From Eutreptiella sp. 'Long Island Sound 2002' (Eukaryota; Protista; Euglenida), in assembly GCA_964036045.1 (NCBI GenBank), contig OZ038378.1, positions 3,286,001 to 3,350,000 of the forward strand: 64,000 nt of DNA, written 5' to 3'. The translations under genes were made by a program, and so were the position numbers. Below are positions 25,101-37,656 of the stretch, piece after piece; the first letter of the stretch is position 1, and the number at the start of each line of letters is the position of its first letter. Under the pieces are notes generated by a model. It did not search any database and was not told the DNA's origin. It was given only the letters and a program-made list of their open reading frames with translations.

Positions 25101-27947
25101 AGAGCAGAAGCAGCGCATGGTCTGCATTCCAACCAGTCCGCCATCTTGCACATGCTATTCACAGTGGTGCGGGGAATGACATGGATTGCAGACAATGGAC
25201 ACACATTCAGGGTTTGGTCTGCCTGCAGTGACGGACAGCGACGTAAACTTTCTGTGCCCACAGAAGTACTGTCTGATGCCAATCTGTGTCTGCTATTGTA
25301 GGCTGGGTGCTGCATTTGAAATGAATTTTGTTGTGCTCACGGGTCTCACCACCCTTTTCTCTTATCCCTAGCGCAGGCTTGCCTGGGGGCGGGGAGGGGG
25401 GTCGGAGCAAATGTTTGCCTGTGCAACCGTTTGCCTGGTCAACCGACTGTTTGCCTGGCCATCCATTTCCCATCCATCTTCTCAACAACGATGTCGTGGG
25501 TGCACCACAGGCCACGAAGAAGTCCCCTGCGCCCCGTGTGTGCCTGTGCCTGTGCAGGTGATGAAGCAAATCATGTACGGTCCAAAGCCCACACTCCCCG
25601 ATACCGTGTCCACTGCTTTGGCAGAGATCGTCGCTGCACTGCTCACCAAAGACATCAACAAACGTCCCATGATCTCCGAGGTCGCTGCCGTCTGGAACGG
25701 GCGTGAGCTGTGTGTGCATGTGCGCCTGCAGTTGAGGGTGTCCTGGTTCCCCTACCCCAAATCCCATGCGCAGAGCCCCTGCTGACGTTGGGTACCATCT
25801 GTCTCGGTACGAGAACTGCTTTGCGCCGGCGCGGTAGATCCTTACAAGGGAACGCACCCTGTGCCGACCTTCGGTGTTCCTCCACGACCTGATAGACACT
25901 TCTGTGGTGCTCATGCATGTACGTCAGCCTGTGTATGTGGGTCTGCGTGCGTGTGTGTGCATGTGTGAGTGTGTGTGTCGTATTTCTAAGCGCCAATTGC
26001 AGATGTTTGCACAGGCTTCAGGCTGTTTCTTGTGTCTGCATTCTTCGGAGATCTCAGGTTGCTTCCTTTTTACTCAACAAATGCTAAAGAGCTGTATGTA
26101 AGTGTGGGTGTGCTGTATGCACCATTGGCCACAATATCCGTAACATTCGTTTTCTTATGCCCATTCTCTGTACCTGTCCTGCAGGAGGGGTGCAAAATGT
26201 GATGCCGTGACGTTTAGCTGAAGGTGGGCCACACTGAAAAGGGGGGTAGGGGTGGGCTTACCGCATAATCGCTGTTAGTGAGTATCGAAGGTGTAAAGGT
26301 GCCAATTTCTCCATTTTGTGGCCATGCCAAAGGATTTCTTGGGGGGTTTCCCCAAACGTGGTGGTGGCTGCACTGCATTGAACCACTTCGGAAAAACACC
26401 TTCGATACAGTGATGGTACTCGGCCTGTGGTGGCTTTTTCGAACATGTACCCAAACGGGGATTCAATGCATGGGTAGCAATTGCTATACAACATGTTCAC
26501 AACATGTTATATTGTGTTGGCGTCCAAAACCCAAGCAACCAAAAGCGTACGTGACGACCAGCTGCTTTGGTCACTAGGGATGCTAAGGCTACCAGCATCA
26601 TACTTGCAAATGATCCCTTTGCCCCCTTTAGTAAGTAAAATATGCTTGTTTGCACTTCTGCTTGCTTTCCCATTTGCTCCTGAAATGTTTTTGCCTCTAA
26701 GTGAAAGTATTTCTGAGACGGACTGTACATAATGTGGCTGTCCTTCGAGTGAACTTCACATGTGAGCAAGTTTACTATGTTGCTCAGCCCCATTGGGCAT
26801 GCCTGAAAAAAGGGTACCCAGGTGCCCAGGAGCACACCTCATGCGCAATAAAGTGCCCACATGCTGTGTGGGTCTGCACAGTGCGCTGAACACAGGCCTC
26901 TTTGTTGTTTATCCCCAAAGCACCCCCATGCAACACCACAGGCAAAATTCCTAGAAATGGGGCACACCACTGATGAATTTAGAAATGGGGCACACCACTG
27001 ATGAACATTAGGTAATTTGGAAACGCTTGGCACTGTGTCTGGACCCCTTTGGCCATCCCACATCAGTGGTGGGGAGCACCCCGCAACCTTCATTGTCTCA
27101 GAATGACCGACTGTGAAGCCTGCTCGCGCTGATGGGGGGGGGTTGGACACCGTGGAGTGGGATGCTGCAATCATGCGCAATGGGACACATATTGCACTCT
27201 CACTTTCCATTGCCTCAACCCCACCGCTCCCCAGTTGCCCTCCTCTGTGTGGACCCGACACAGAGCAGAGAAACAGGGAAAGTCCAGGGGCTCCGTTGGC
27301 ACAACCCACCAAGGGAAGAAAGGGTGAGTAGGGAGGTCAGGATAGGCCAAGGAGGGAGAGGGAGGGCACCAGGTGGTGAGAGGCCGATGGGCACCGCCGC
27401 CTATGGAGGCAAAGGGTTCAACGGAAGGGCAGAGGTAAGTGACGAGAGGCCAGTTGGCGCTGCCAGCTGCAGACAGCAACACAACCAGGTGTCATGCCAA
27501 CCCCACCCCTCCCCATCCATCCCATCAATGACCTGGAAGCACGAGCCGGTGAAACCAAACACATGGCACCGGACACCACAGCACAATACGCAATCAGCCT
27601 TTGTGGAACCCCCCACAGGCCCCTGCCACGAGAGGACGGGCTCACTCTGTATGGGCTTGTGTTTGTGGGGGGGGCGGGGCTTTGCGCATGTCTGTCTCTG
27701 CACTTCTGTTTCTGTGCCTGTCTCGTGGTGTGTTGGGGGGCCGCTTGAAGGTGGGTGCACCCAACACTGCGGAACCCGGGCGTACGCCTGCCATGCCCTC
27801 CCGGTGCTTCAGGTGTTGGCCATGTCGTACGTGCAGAACTTTGTGGGCTCAGACCCAGTGGGGTCCCCCTGCGTGAGTCCCTCGCCTCCCAAGTCTCCCG
27901 CGGCGGAGGAGGAGGAGTACGAGGACGACTTTGAGAATGAGGATTAG
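16149..27947 (+). CDS. NEK: NIMA-related (NEK) Ser/Thr protein kinase, 317 aa; exons 16149-16292, 18298-18407, 19509-19573, 20994-21205, 22603-22705, 25002-25063, 25558-25680, 27813-27947
   Basis: All kinase subdomains appear in order: [65 protein letters not shown] (NEK-type), [23 protein letters not shown]. Seven GT-AG introns have matching phases; the exons total 954 nt. Confidence 0.92.
17341..17520 (+). pseudogene. Frameshifted small beta-rich (SH3/Tudor-like) ORF in NEK intron 1
   Basis: [15 protein letters not shown][fs][17 protein letters not shown] aligns by eye with the intact ORF at 54390 (MYLKGDLVSY...VFASVVGPSLAGPQFR). Confidence 0.45.
18500..19080 (+). repeat. Internally duplicated dispersed repeat; related copy at ~42650-42790
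   Basis: ttggggcgctt..ggac.tacggtg.agtgggc.gctc.caaggcttctatgg at ~18500 and ~18895. ctcattcccttttttcatggg/t...cacaagt...gtgtgcg.cc.gtgcg at ~18695 and ~42653. Confidence 0.7.
22063..22289 (+). mobile_element. MITE-like element copy 1 (NEK intron 4)
   Basis: Terminal inverted repeats GGGATGCATTAGAAGGG ... (CCCTGCG)AATGCATCCC; the body is shared with three other copies. Confidence 0.75.
24285..24510 (+). mobile_element. hAT transposase C-terminal dimerisation-region fossil (NEK intron 5)
   Basis: [17 protein letters not shown]...[35 protein letters not shown] matches the hAT pattern FW...P.L...A...LS.P.T.A..ER.FS...L. Confidence 0.75.
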
Positions 27948-28308
27948 GCCGATGTACGCCCGGGGGCGTATCAAGGGCAAGTCTACCGATGGCCGTTCGC
28001 TGCTCCCAGACTTTGGGACGCTGGCGTACATCGGATGCTTTTCCAAACACAGCTCTGCGCATCGCAAGCGGGGCGGCGCTGGGCCTGACCGCGCCGCCCT
28101 GTCCCGAGGGGGTGTGTGTTGCATTTGGTCTCACGGTCGTTCTACCCGGGGAGGGGGGGGGGGGGGGGGGCACTGACAAGCCAAATTTCTTTCTGCGCTT
28201 TGTGTTGACTGCCTCTTGTGCACACGTGCAATAGCTCAGAGTTCCTTCGGGGGGGCTTTGGCCACACGTGTGCTCGCAGGGAAGGGCCGGTGGGCAGGGG
28301 AGATGCGT

Positions 28309-29327
28309 AAACTTCCTCACGGTTTCCCTGTGCTCCCCCCCCCCCCCCCACCCACTCCGGCGTGCTTCTGCTCTCTCTTTCAGGGACAGGGACATGACTC
28401 AATTGCCCCCCCCCCTCCCCCAAAAAAAAACAAGCGAATCGTGGTAGAAAGGGCGGTGGGGACCAAATTCTAAAGTTTGGGGTCCAGATGGACATTTTCA
28501 CACGTGTGTACGGGCCCGCGGGTGACCCCGGGCGGTTTGCACCTCCACGTGGGCGGCTACCGCCGCAAGGGCGACCTGCCCCCCCCTACCCGCGGGGTAG
28601 CATACCACCCGCCGGCGGCCCTCGTGTACATCCTTCGGGACGTCCTCGTGGACGGGGAACACCAGGCGCCCAACGCGGACGTGGTGTGGCCCGAACCCCT
28701 GGGCAAGTCAATCCATGGCCAAAGGGTACCAACCGTGTGTCCTCCGGTACAATCCGGGGCAAGGCCCGGCGGGCCCAGGCAGCGGTGTTGGCCCACCATT
28801 TCAATTCCGCGGAGCATCGACGCGGACGCCCGAACGCGAAACGCGAACACAGACGACGGGCTCGCCCCCCCCCCCCCATTCCGCTCGGAATGCCCCTCCG
28901 TCGAGCCATTCGGTCTGTTGTTCCCCCCCAACGCCTTCACAGGGTCTGGGTATGGCGGCGGTGAGAGGGGCAAGTACTCGCCAGCACGTTCTGCGGCCGT
29001 GGGACAGGCGGATGTGCTGGATGCGTTGAGACACGGTGGGACCATTTGTGAGCCGTCACCAGATGAGGGCTGATGTTGTTCCAGACCCCGGAAATTCTGT
29101 TGCGGGATGTCAGACGAGGTTCATCCTCAACCGCATGAAACTTCCTCACGGTTTCCCTGTGCTTCCCCTCCACCCACTCCGCCGTGCTTCTGCTCTCTCT
29201 TTTGGGGACAGGGACATGACTCAATTGACCCCCCCCCCCCCCCCCAAAAAAAGCGAGTCGTGGTAGAAACGGCGGTGGGGACCAAATTATAAAGTTTAGG
29301 GTCCAGATGGATATTTTCACATGTGTG
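28309..29327 (+). mobile_element. ~200 bp direct repeats (28309-28508, 29138-29327) flanking a GC-rich ORF (28477-29073)
   Basis: Both arms read aaacttcctcacggtttccctgtgct...ctgctctctcttt..ggacagggacatgactcaattg...gtggtagaaa.ggcggtggggaccaaatt.taaagttt.gggtccagatgga.attttcaca. A 198-aa open frame lies inside. Retroelement origin is an inference. Confidence 0.6.
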
Positions 29328-30120
29328 GGCACGTGAGGTCATTCATTCATTCAGACGTTTTATTTGATGTATATTGGGAAGCTCCTTCCGACAGAGCAGG
29401 TGTATTTGGGTAGCCTACATGTTCTCGTCCGTTGCGACAGCGGGCGCTACATGGACAACGGCCTAACTTACCTCTTGCCCCGCCACCTTGCAGGTTGTTT
29501 TTCATGCGTGATTCCAGGTTCCAGTCCACCATTAATGGCGGCTACTTCACCTGCGCACCCCCTATCCCCCAAATTCCATCCGCCCCCCCCCCCCCAAAAG
29601 AATTCTCCCATTTCACACTTGGCCACTGTGCCCACACACGCAAACAGATACCCAATGGACAGTCTGTTTTATTGCTGCTCCTACGTATGGTTCCAGTGAT
29701 AGCCCAGACTCTGAGGTCCGTGTGGTGTCCTTTGATGAAGGTGATTCGTGGTGAGCCTCAGTACTTTGCGCTGCATGTCCAGAAAAGTGGCGGTTGGTGC
29801 ACTTCTTGGGGCTTTTGGTTTGGGTGGGTCGGTCAAATGGGGCGGTTTGCACACGTCGGCTTGTCTGCAGTTGGAAGCGTTTGTCTGCGTAATGTAGAAT
29901 TCATTTGGGCGGCAAACGGATCTAACCTCACTGGCCCAGTCCTTCACAAACTGCATTTGTGCAAAGCATGCGAATGTACTTTGTTATGGATGCCAGGGCT
30001 GGAGCGCCCCAGTACGTGCAAAGGTGGCCTAATAGCCGGCCACTGTTTCCTTTGTATGCCTTTGCTGCTGTGCTCTCTTGGTGGGTGTGGAACCGCAACC
30101 AGGAGACTGATGTCCATGGA

Positions 30121-30274
30121 GATCGTGGAGACGGGGTAGCCGGCAGTGAATCAGGCACTGCCAAACGGTAGACCAAGAAAGGAGGGATGAAAACTTGCAC
30201 ACAAAGGACAACAGGGAATAAAGGTGACATGTGCTGGCCTGGGCAACAGCTGAGGCCCCAATATCACCATGGCT
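30121..30274 (+). repeat. Left arm of a 154-bp inverted repeat pair
   Basis: Reverse complement of 33784-33937 with 5 mismatches by manual alignment. Confidence 0.9.
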
Positions 30275-33200
30275 CAGGGAAGTCTTTGAGGCTTAAAACT
30301 GGTCAAAGAATGACCCATACCAGCATGTTGAGAACACCCATCAATACGCCCCCCATGATAAACAAGGGTACATACACAATGCCCTCAGAACCACATCCCA
30401 GGGCTGAATGCATTGCGAACAGTATTCAAATGTGTACATGGCAGTGCACGGGGTGTGTGCATAGCAGACCAAACACTTGCTGTCCTCATCCTACTCTTCT
30501 TACCACGACTGACTGTGCTCCATCGTCTAAGCAGCAAAGGCGAAGGACAAATCTCCATGAACGAAGCATTGCCGAGAAACATGAGCTGACAGATAAGGCA
30601 AACAACTTGCTATCAGCACCGAGACCAGCAATCCATTGTCCGCCAATTGCCATCTGTTTAGCGCCAAGCACCATTAGTTGGACAACAAATGTAGTAAACC
30701 CCCCATTGCATACGCACGGACAAAGTCAGGGAAAATTGTGCCAGCATGTGGTGCTTAGAAAGGCGTGCTTGCAGGCGACCCGTGGTACAACAAAGTTGGG
30801 ATACACCAAAAACCTGCCCATACCTCACCGAGACCAAAGCATTACAACACAATGTGCAAGCAAAATTCGGCATGTCCTGGCTGTCCACACTGCCCATCAC
30901 TGCCATTGGGAGCTGCAGAATAAAAGCCTTTTTCAACCTCACAACTCATCCAAAACAATTGTACGTGCTTGCCTTTTGGGACAGCCTTTGGGGCGGCCTT
31001 GGTTACAGGCTTGAGAATGTGTTGGACTTCTTATTCTTTGACACAAAACTGACATCAACAGCACCTTTTGTGAAGTAGAGGTTGCCCTCCAAAAAATGGC
31101 CAATGCCCCAAAGATGATTGGATCGTTCGACAACCAATAATGTTCAACTACATGGCCACCCCACACTCATCAGTCTAGTAGCAGTGACTGTAGCACTACT
31201 TGCGGCAGCACTGGTGTCTATGGTAGCCGTAGTGCTTGTTGAGGCGAAGGTTCGAAAAAAAAATCCATCAGGCCACTTTGCACTGGGCGTTTGGCCTGGG
31301 CAAATGGTCTTTCCGCAAAGCACAAATATTTGTGGCACCATAGAGGCTTTTAGGGTGCTTGTTCCCAACTTCCGGACCATTTTGGATCCTTTCTGCTAAC
31401 TCTTCAAGGTTTCCTGGTGTTTGCGATTTTTTCTTGGAGGCTTCTGGATGGTTGTTGTTCTTGCTCTCCTTCCACATTAGGGTCTCGATGTTGCTCCGGT
31501 GCTTGATTGGTGCTTGCTGGGGGTCTCCAGTTCGGCAGGGAATGGACTGCACGGACGAACTTCAATTCGATGAGCGGAGCCACATTGCTCACCTGCAGCA
31601 TTGTATTCAATGGCCGCATAATGCGCACATGCAGAAAGGGAGGTACCGGTTGCAGGCATCATGTCCCTATTTGATCAGATATAGGAGACAGTGGTGACAG
31701 CAGGCAGTCATGCAAGGGACACTGTGGATGCGAAAGGGAGCAGCATGTGTCGTGTGCACACCGTTGAGAGGAGAGAGGCCCTGAAATGCATGGACGTGTT
31801 GTAAACTGGGGGTTTCAGCCCGTGGAACAATAGCAATACACAATGTACCACGCACACTGTGTGTGCACTGCGCATGCTACTACCCCCTGGGAGAGTATGC
31901 CGGGTACATATTGGGAAGAAACGAAATGATCATAAGTGGTGTCACGACATCTGTTTTTTGACTCCTTGTGGGAAGGGGGAACTGGGGGCATGCGATGTGG
32001 ACTGCAATTCGCAGCAGTCATGCAAGCTCAACCATTGTAAAGTGCAACAACCACAAATCAACCAACCACACCAAATCTCACAGCCCCAAGAGATTCGGGT
32101 TGCGGGTTCAGTCGGCCCAGGGCCCCAGTAGCAGTTAAATCTCTCGGATGACATCCATCTTCCGGTGTGTGGAGGGGTGTGTTTAAGAGGGGGGGGGGGG
32201 GGTGATCTGTAGAAGTCGGGGGTGGCGCCCCGTGAGAGTGATTGGGGCATGCAACGTGCACACTCTACCTCGACATCGACTAATTCTTGATACTTGATAC
32301 GGGAGGACAATTACTGCCAAACATACTTCAAGCTCACTATTGGAATGAAGTTTGGACCTGGTACGGCAAGGAATATGTTGCCATTGGGTCTAAGGGCCCA
32401 GTGCCAAAACAGATACACAATGTAGCAGGGGAGGTGTAGCCATTTCACTTGAGATGGAGTGGATTTTGGGTATATGCAGAACAGCTCGACTGCAGGCACC
32501 AACAGACCAAATGTGTGGCGACCGCTGCGATACGCCCGTATGTTCCACACAGAGCGGGCAGATGTTTGATGCCTCGCCCAGACTGGAAGTTTCAAAGCAC
32601 CTTCCACAATACCTACAATCTGGTATACCACCACTTGTGCAAAGCAGACAAAAGGAGGCCCAAAATCTGACACAATTTGCTCCGTTCACAACCTGCGGGA
32701 ACACATACCTGCCACGTGGCCTGAACCGCCACCTTTTTCCAAGGGCGCTGTAGAGTGAATTCAACATCGCCAAGCGCATGGTTGGTGATGTTTCTATGGG
32801 TTGCGTTTCGTTTCGTTGTCTTTGCAATTGGACTGGAGGACTCATGGCCGGAAGCGTCCGCTGGCGGAACATTCAGTGTATCAATCTTGACCAGCATGGC
32901 GCCCATAAGTTAAGGACTGCACCGGCATTGAGCTTTTCACGTCGGCGTGGCCCATGCAGCCCCTGTTTCACTGTCAGTTCGGACAGCGCACGCATGCCTG
33001 TTTCCATGGTTTTTCATGTGTGTATCAGGGATCTTCGTAAGAAAGGGTCCAATTCTTTGGTGGGGGTGGGGATGGTGGGGAGGTTGGGCTATCTGTCACT
33101 CAGTGACCTTTGGGGAGTGACAGATGGGAATGGGAAGTGGGGGGAGTGCCATATACAGATATATTTTGGCACAGATGTGGGAAAACGGGGTGCCGAAGGC

Positions 33201-33485
33201 ACCAAGAATTAGCCGAAGGGAGAAAGCAAATTTTTTTTTACCGCAAGTGCCTACATTCAAAATGCTCACATTTTAATAGAGGATTCAAAGATGGGTGGAA
33301 AAAATTTTGACCCCCCAACGCGACCTCCAAGTTGGCCTTTGGCTGCTGACCCATCCATCTGTCACCTGTCACCGGTCACTCGAGGGGGGTGGGAGGGTTA
33401 GTAGGCGGGGGACCACTATGAAGATCCCTGGTGTGTATCTGCTGCTGCCGGCGCGTTCAGCGGTGCACGCAACCCAGCAACACAA

Positions 33486-33501
33486 CCCTCCTTTTTCACA
33501 G
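33486..33501 (+). promoter_or_regulatory. Putative trans-splice acceptor of the ZIP gene
   Basis: ccctcctttttcacAG ends 31 nt before ATG 33533. Confidence 0.55.
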
Positions 33502-33532
33502 CCTGTCTGTAACTGTCGCCCTCCAAAGGGCC

Positions 33533-36500
33533 ATGGCGGACCTCGTGGCCGCTAAAGTGGCAGTTTTCGTTTTGCTGTTTGCCGTTGCCGCCATCGGCAG
33601 CTTCATCCCAATGTATCTGGGCCGGAGCACCGAGGACCACAAGAACGCGTTGGGGGCCTGCAACGTCTTTGCGGCGGGGGTATTCCTCACCTCAGGGCTG
33701 GTGCATATGCTGGCGGAGGCGTGTGCAGGTATACCCCGACCAGTCTCAGGGCTTGTGGCTTTGTTTTCGTCTGCAAGAGTGGAAGCCATGGTGATATTGG
33801 GGCCTCATCTGTTGCGCAGGCCAGCGCATGTCACCTTTATTCCCTGTTGTCCTTTGTGTGCAAGTTTTCATCCCTCTTTTCTTGGTCTACCGTTTGGCAG
33901 TGCCTGATTCACTGCCGGCTACCCGGTCTCCACGATCCCACCATTCCAGTCTGTCCCCTCCCCGCCAGTCGTTGCCCTTGTCATCCCTGCACAACTACGG
34001 CAGGGGCATGGAATGCAAACTGATGAGATCCAAACTGCCGTTGTTCTTGAACAGACCCTACTGTCCTGTTTTGAGAATGGACATGAACCTGTTGGTTGCT
34101 GCTTTCAGCTGAACCTCGCGGGTTGTGCAGGCGCTACATCAGAGCCCCCCACAGGCAACTCGTGCGAGGGCACCCACCGCACCACTGTCCCAGCGGCCCC
34201 AAAGTAGGATCAGGCAAAGGACAGGCGCCACCTGTCCGTCAGGCAGAAACGGGCGCCCTCCAGCAACGGCCCCACCCCAACGCCCAACGCCCAAGGCCCA
34301 TGCACAATGGACGCACGTGCATTTTTGTAGAGGTGGCGGGTCGCTGCACGCATGCCAGGACTGTTTTGGCTGTGCACCCATTGTGCGTGCACACCGGAGC
34401 TCTGCCTGTGCCGGCCCCCCTTTGCGGCCAATGGCAACGCCAAAAGTGACGTGGCCAACTCTGCCAGCCGTTCAAGCCCAACGCCACTCTATGACCCATA
34501 TTCCGCTGGGCCCAGGCTGTGGTCAGGGGGTGTCACATCCACCGCGCTGTCACGTATACTATGTTACCCTGTATCATAGTGGTTCCACAGGGCTTCGTGG
34601 ACCTGCAGACGTGCGGCAACACCTGGCTTTACCCTTGCCCAAACATGTATACTCGGTACCCGCTGCCTAGCTGGGGTATTCTCGAGCATCCCCATGTTTT
34701 GCTCTAAGGAGGAGGACAAAGTGGTACCAAGGACCCTCACACTCTTGGGAGCCCTTGCAAAATCTAATTGTTTGCACTAAGTTGCGGAATACCTGTTTTC
34801 ATGCCGTACCTAGCTCCAGGAGCGCCGCCTGTGCCGCCTGCCCAACAAAAACTTCATGACCGGATACATATGTCTCCTCAATATCGACTCAAAGCCCTTA
34901 GACATGACCGGGCACAAACCCCCTCCCCAGCAAACACACAACAGGCACCACCCACCCCCATCAGCAAGTCCACATACGCCAGCGGTAGCGGTGTGCAGTG
35001 AAAAATCATGCAGGAGCTGGGCGTTTGCTGTGGAAGTATGCCGCCACCATGATGTGGCAACCTCTCCCAGGGGTTGGTGCAGGACGTCTCAGGGGAGGCC
35101 TTGGGCGATGGGGCGACGGTGGTGGGTCTGAGACCACTTTGGGAGCGGGACAGACCACTGGACCACCGCTGACCCCTCCACCGCACTGCTCTGCAGGCTT
35201 TGTGCAGCATAATCTCCTGACTGAACACGGTGAAGGCCATGACCATGCAGACCATGGCCATGCTGGACATCACCGGGAGATCGAGGCAGGGATGCTGCTG
35301 GGATGTGCGCTGTGTTTGGGGGGCATGTACATGACCTTGTTCATAGAGAAGGTGCTTGTGGGCGACCACGGCCCTGGCGTGCCAGTGGGATCTGACGAGG
35401 AGTGCGGCAAGGCTGGGGCGAAGACTTCGATGAACGAGGCGGTGATGCCGTACATCCTCATGATCCTCCTGTCGGTGCATTCAGTGGTGGAGGGGCTTGC
35501 CATCGGGTGTGTCCGGGGTACAAGGGGGCAGCAGAGAAGCAGAAGGCTGGAAAACCCCAAGCGGCTTTAGATCCGATGGGGCTATTGAGGGCAGTCGTAG
35601 GCGCCTGTCGTTCTGCGTTCGGTGGATGTGACATGGTCCGTATTGTTCCTCGCCCGTGAAGCCACAACCTGGGAGCAGTCGTGGGTCTGGTGTGGCGGGG
35701 CTGCATCGTCGCCGCGGTGTTTCTTATTATCTTCTTTCTTCATCTTCACTTCCGACGGACGACTGCATAGTCACACAGTCAGGGGAGGGGGATCTGAAGA
35801 AAGGCACAGTCTCTCATCATACATACATAGTTACATAAGAAGGCCGCAAAAAAAAAAAGGAGTGTGCTACCGCATTTTTGCAAACAGAAACAAGCCAACA
35901 AGGGATCTATGGACGTGAGAACTCCCCTTTTTCTTTGGGCATGAGGGGAATCAAAAGATTGAAAAATGGGGGCAGCAGGGCAAAGAGGAGCACCCCCCTT
36001 GTCAATGTCCAGCGACCCCTACCCCTGAGGTCTGCAAGGGCATGAGGGAAATGAGTTGGCCGCAATCTCACCCTCATTGAATGAACAATGCAACGGCCGA
36101 GATGCAGCTAGGCTGTGGAAGGCAGGCGCGGCCACCCAAGTGCGTGGACCTTTTTGTGGCCTGCGTTGGGGACGTTTGTGTGCCAGAGCCCCCCCCCCCC
36201 CCCGACATGATCGAATTGGACCCTCTGCACCCCGTTTCTCCCAATTGAAGTTCTCGTTTTACGACCACAGGGCGGAGGAGACTGTCGCAGGCACGTGGAG
36301 CGCGCTGCTGGGCATTGCGCCGCACAAGGGCTTTGCAGCACTGGCCATCAGCATGAACCTCCTGAAGTCCGGTGTATCTCAAGGCAACTGGATGCGGGCG
36401 CTCGTTATATTTTCTGCGGCCACGCCTGTGGGCATTGTGCTGGGCGCATACATTCCGAATATGACTGGGGACTCCTCCTTCACAGGCAACTGCTTCAAGT

Positions 36501-36927
36501 GTGCCATTCTTTGAATATTGTGCGTGCGTTGTGTGGTGCATCGTCTTTTGGTAGTGTTGTGTTGTTTGTTTGTTGTGTGCCAGCTGTACAGTGTCCGTTA
36601 TAGATATCATTGTGTTGTGGTGTATTATGTTGTGTTATGTAATGTCTCGTTATGTTGTGGCGTTGCGCTGAGTGCGTCGTGCTCCGTTGTGTTTTGTTGT
36701 GCGGTGCGGTGCGGTCTTATACCGCTTCTTTGTCACGCTCCCTGTGGTCGTACTATTGCGCTCCCTCTGTGTCCCTTAGAGCCGTCGCCAGTGGGACATT
36801 CCTGTACGTGGGGCTTGTGGAAATGCTGATCCCCGAGCTTAGCGGCCGGACGGACCGCTTCCTCAAGTTCACGGTGCTGCTGGGGGGCAGCGTACTAATG
36901 GCGTGGATGGAGATGCATGCGGATTGA
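33533..36927 (+). CDS. ZIP: ZIP-family zinc/divalent-metal transporter, 293 aa; exons 33533-33728, 35197-35506, 36271-36498, 36780-36927
   Basis: ZIP motifs CNVFAAGVFLTSGLVHML (TM2), LSVHSVVEGLAIG (TM4), IAPHKGFAALAIS (TM5), FSAATPVGIVLG and AVASGTFLYVGLVEML. Three phase-matched GT-AG introns; 882 nt in total. Confidence 0.92.
33784..33937 (-). repeat. Right arm of the 154-bp inverted repeat pair (ZIP intron 1)
   Basis: Reverse complement of 30121-30274. Confidence 0.9.
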
Positions 36928-37483
36928 CGAGTGCAGGCGGCGCAGGGTCCGGTTTGGCGCGCGGGCGTGCACGAAGGGCCTCGGGCGTGGAAACATGTCT
37001 GTGCGGCTTTGCAGCCAACGGAGTCGACAATCCAATGACTCAAGGCGAAGGATTTCCTCGCGGGATTGCCGAGCCTCGCTTCTGTGGTCAGCGCGGTGCC
37101 AGTCTCTGGCACATGCGGCCTCCGCATTCCTCGGGCTGCGTGCGTTGAGCCATGGTGCCTCGATCCCGACCCTGACCTGTGGCGCACCGAGCTGGGGCGC
37201 TTCACCCGCATCGCTCACTCGGCACGACAAGCCCTGGTCACCACTTAGCAGCCCCCTGCAGGTGGCAGCATTCCGGAAAGTGGCTCGGTGTGGGTGTGCG
37301 CACCCACGTGGGGGCTCATCGGCGGTGGTGCGGGGAGGCACTGGTCGAAGAGGGGGTAATGGGAGTGTGTGTGCGTGTGTGTTTCTGGGAGCATCAGGCC
37401 GAAGATTTTGCAGGTGCAGCCCCGCCGTTGCATGTCCAGAGACGTGCATTACGCACCCTTGGCGCAACGCGTCCATGGCACCA

Positions 37484-37656
37484 GGGATGCATTAGAAGGG
37501 AAGGGGCCGCAAAGGCGGTCCCAGAGGCGGGCGGTTACTTTCGGTTACAAATGCCATTGAAGCTGGCACTTGGCGTCAGGGGGACAGTGGCTGGGCATAG
37601 GCTGGGCGCCCTGGAGGGGCGGGGGGGGGGTACCTCCCCCCCTTCCAATGCATCCC
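37484..37656 (+). mobile_element. MITE-like element copy 2
   Basis: caGGGATGCATTAGAAGGG ... CCCTTCCAATGCATCCCtg; same internal sequence as 22063. Confidence 0.8.

Noticed and set aside
26952-27030. Hammerhead ribozyme (CTGATGA...GAAA)
   Set aside because: The motifs come from a 28-bp tandem duplication; no credible stems I-III or NUH site can be formed.
30187-31014. 275-aa ORF as the transposase of the inverted-repeat-bounded interval
   Set aside because: T/H/C/P-rich composition with no DDE or other recognisable motif; likely a compositional open frame.
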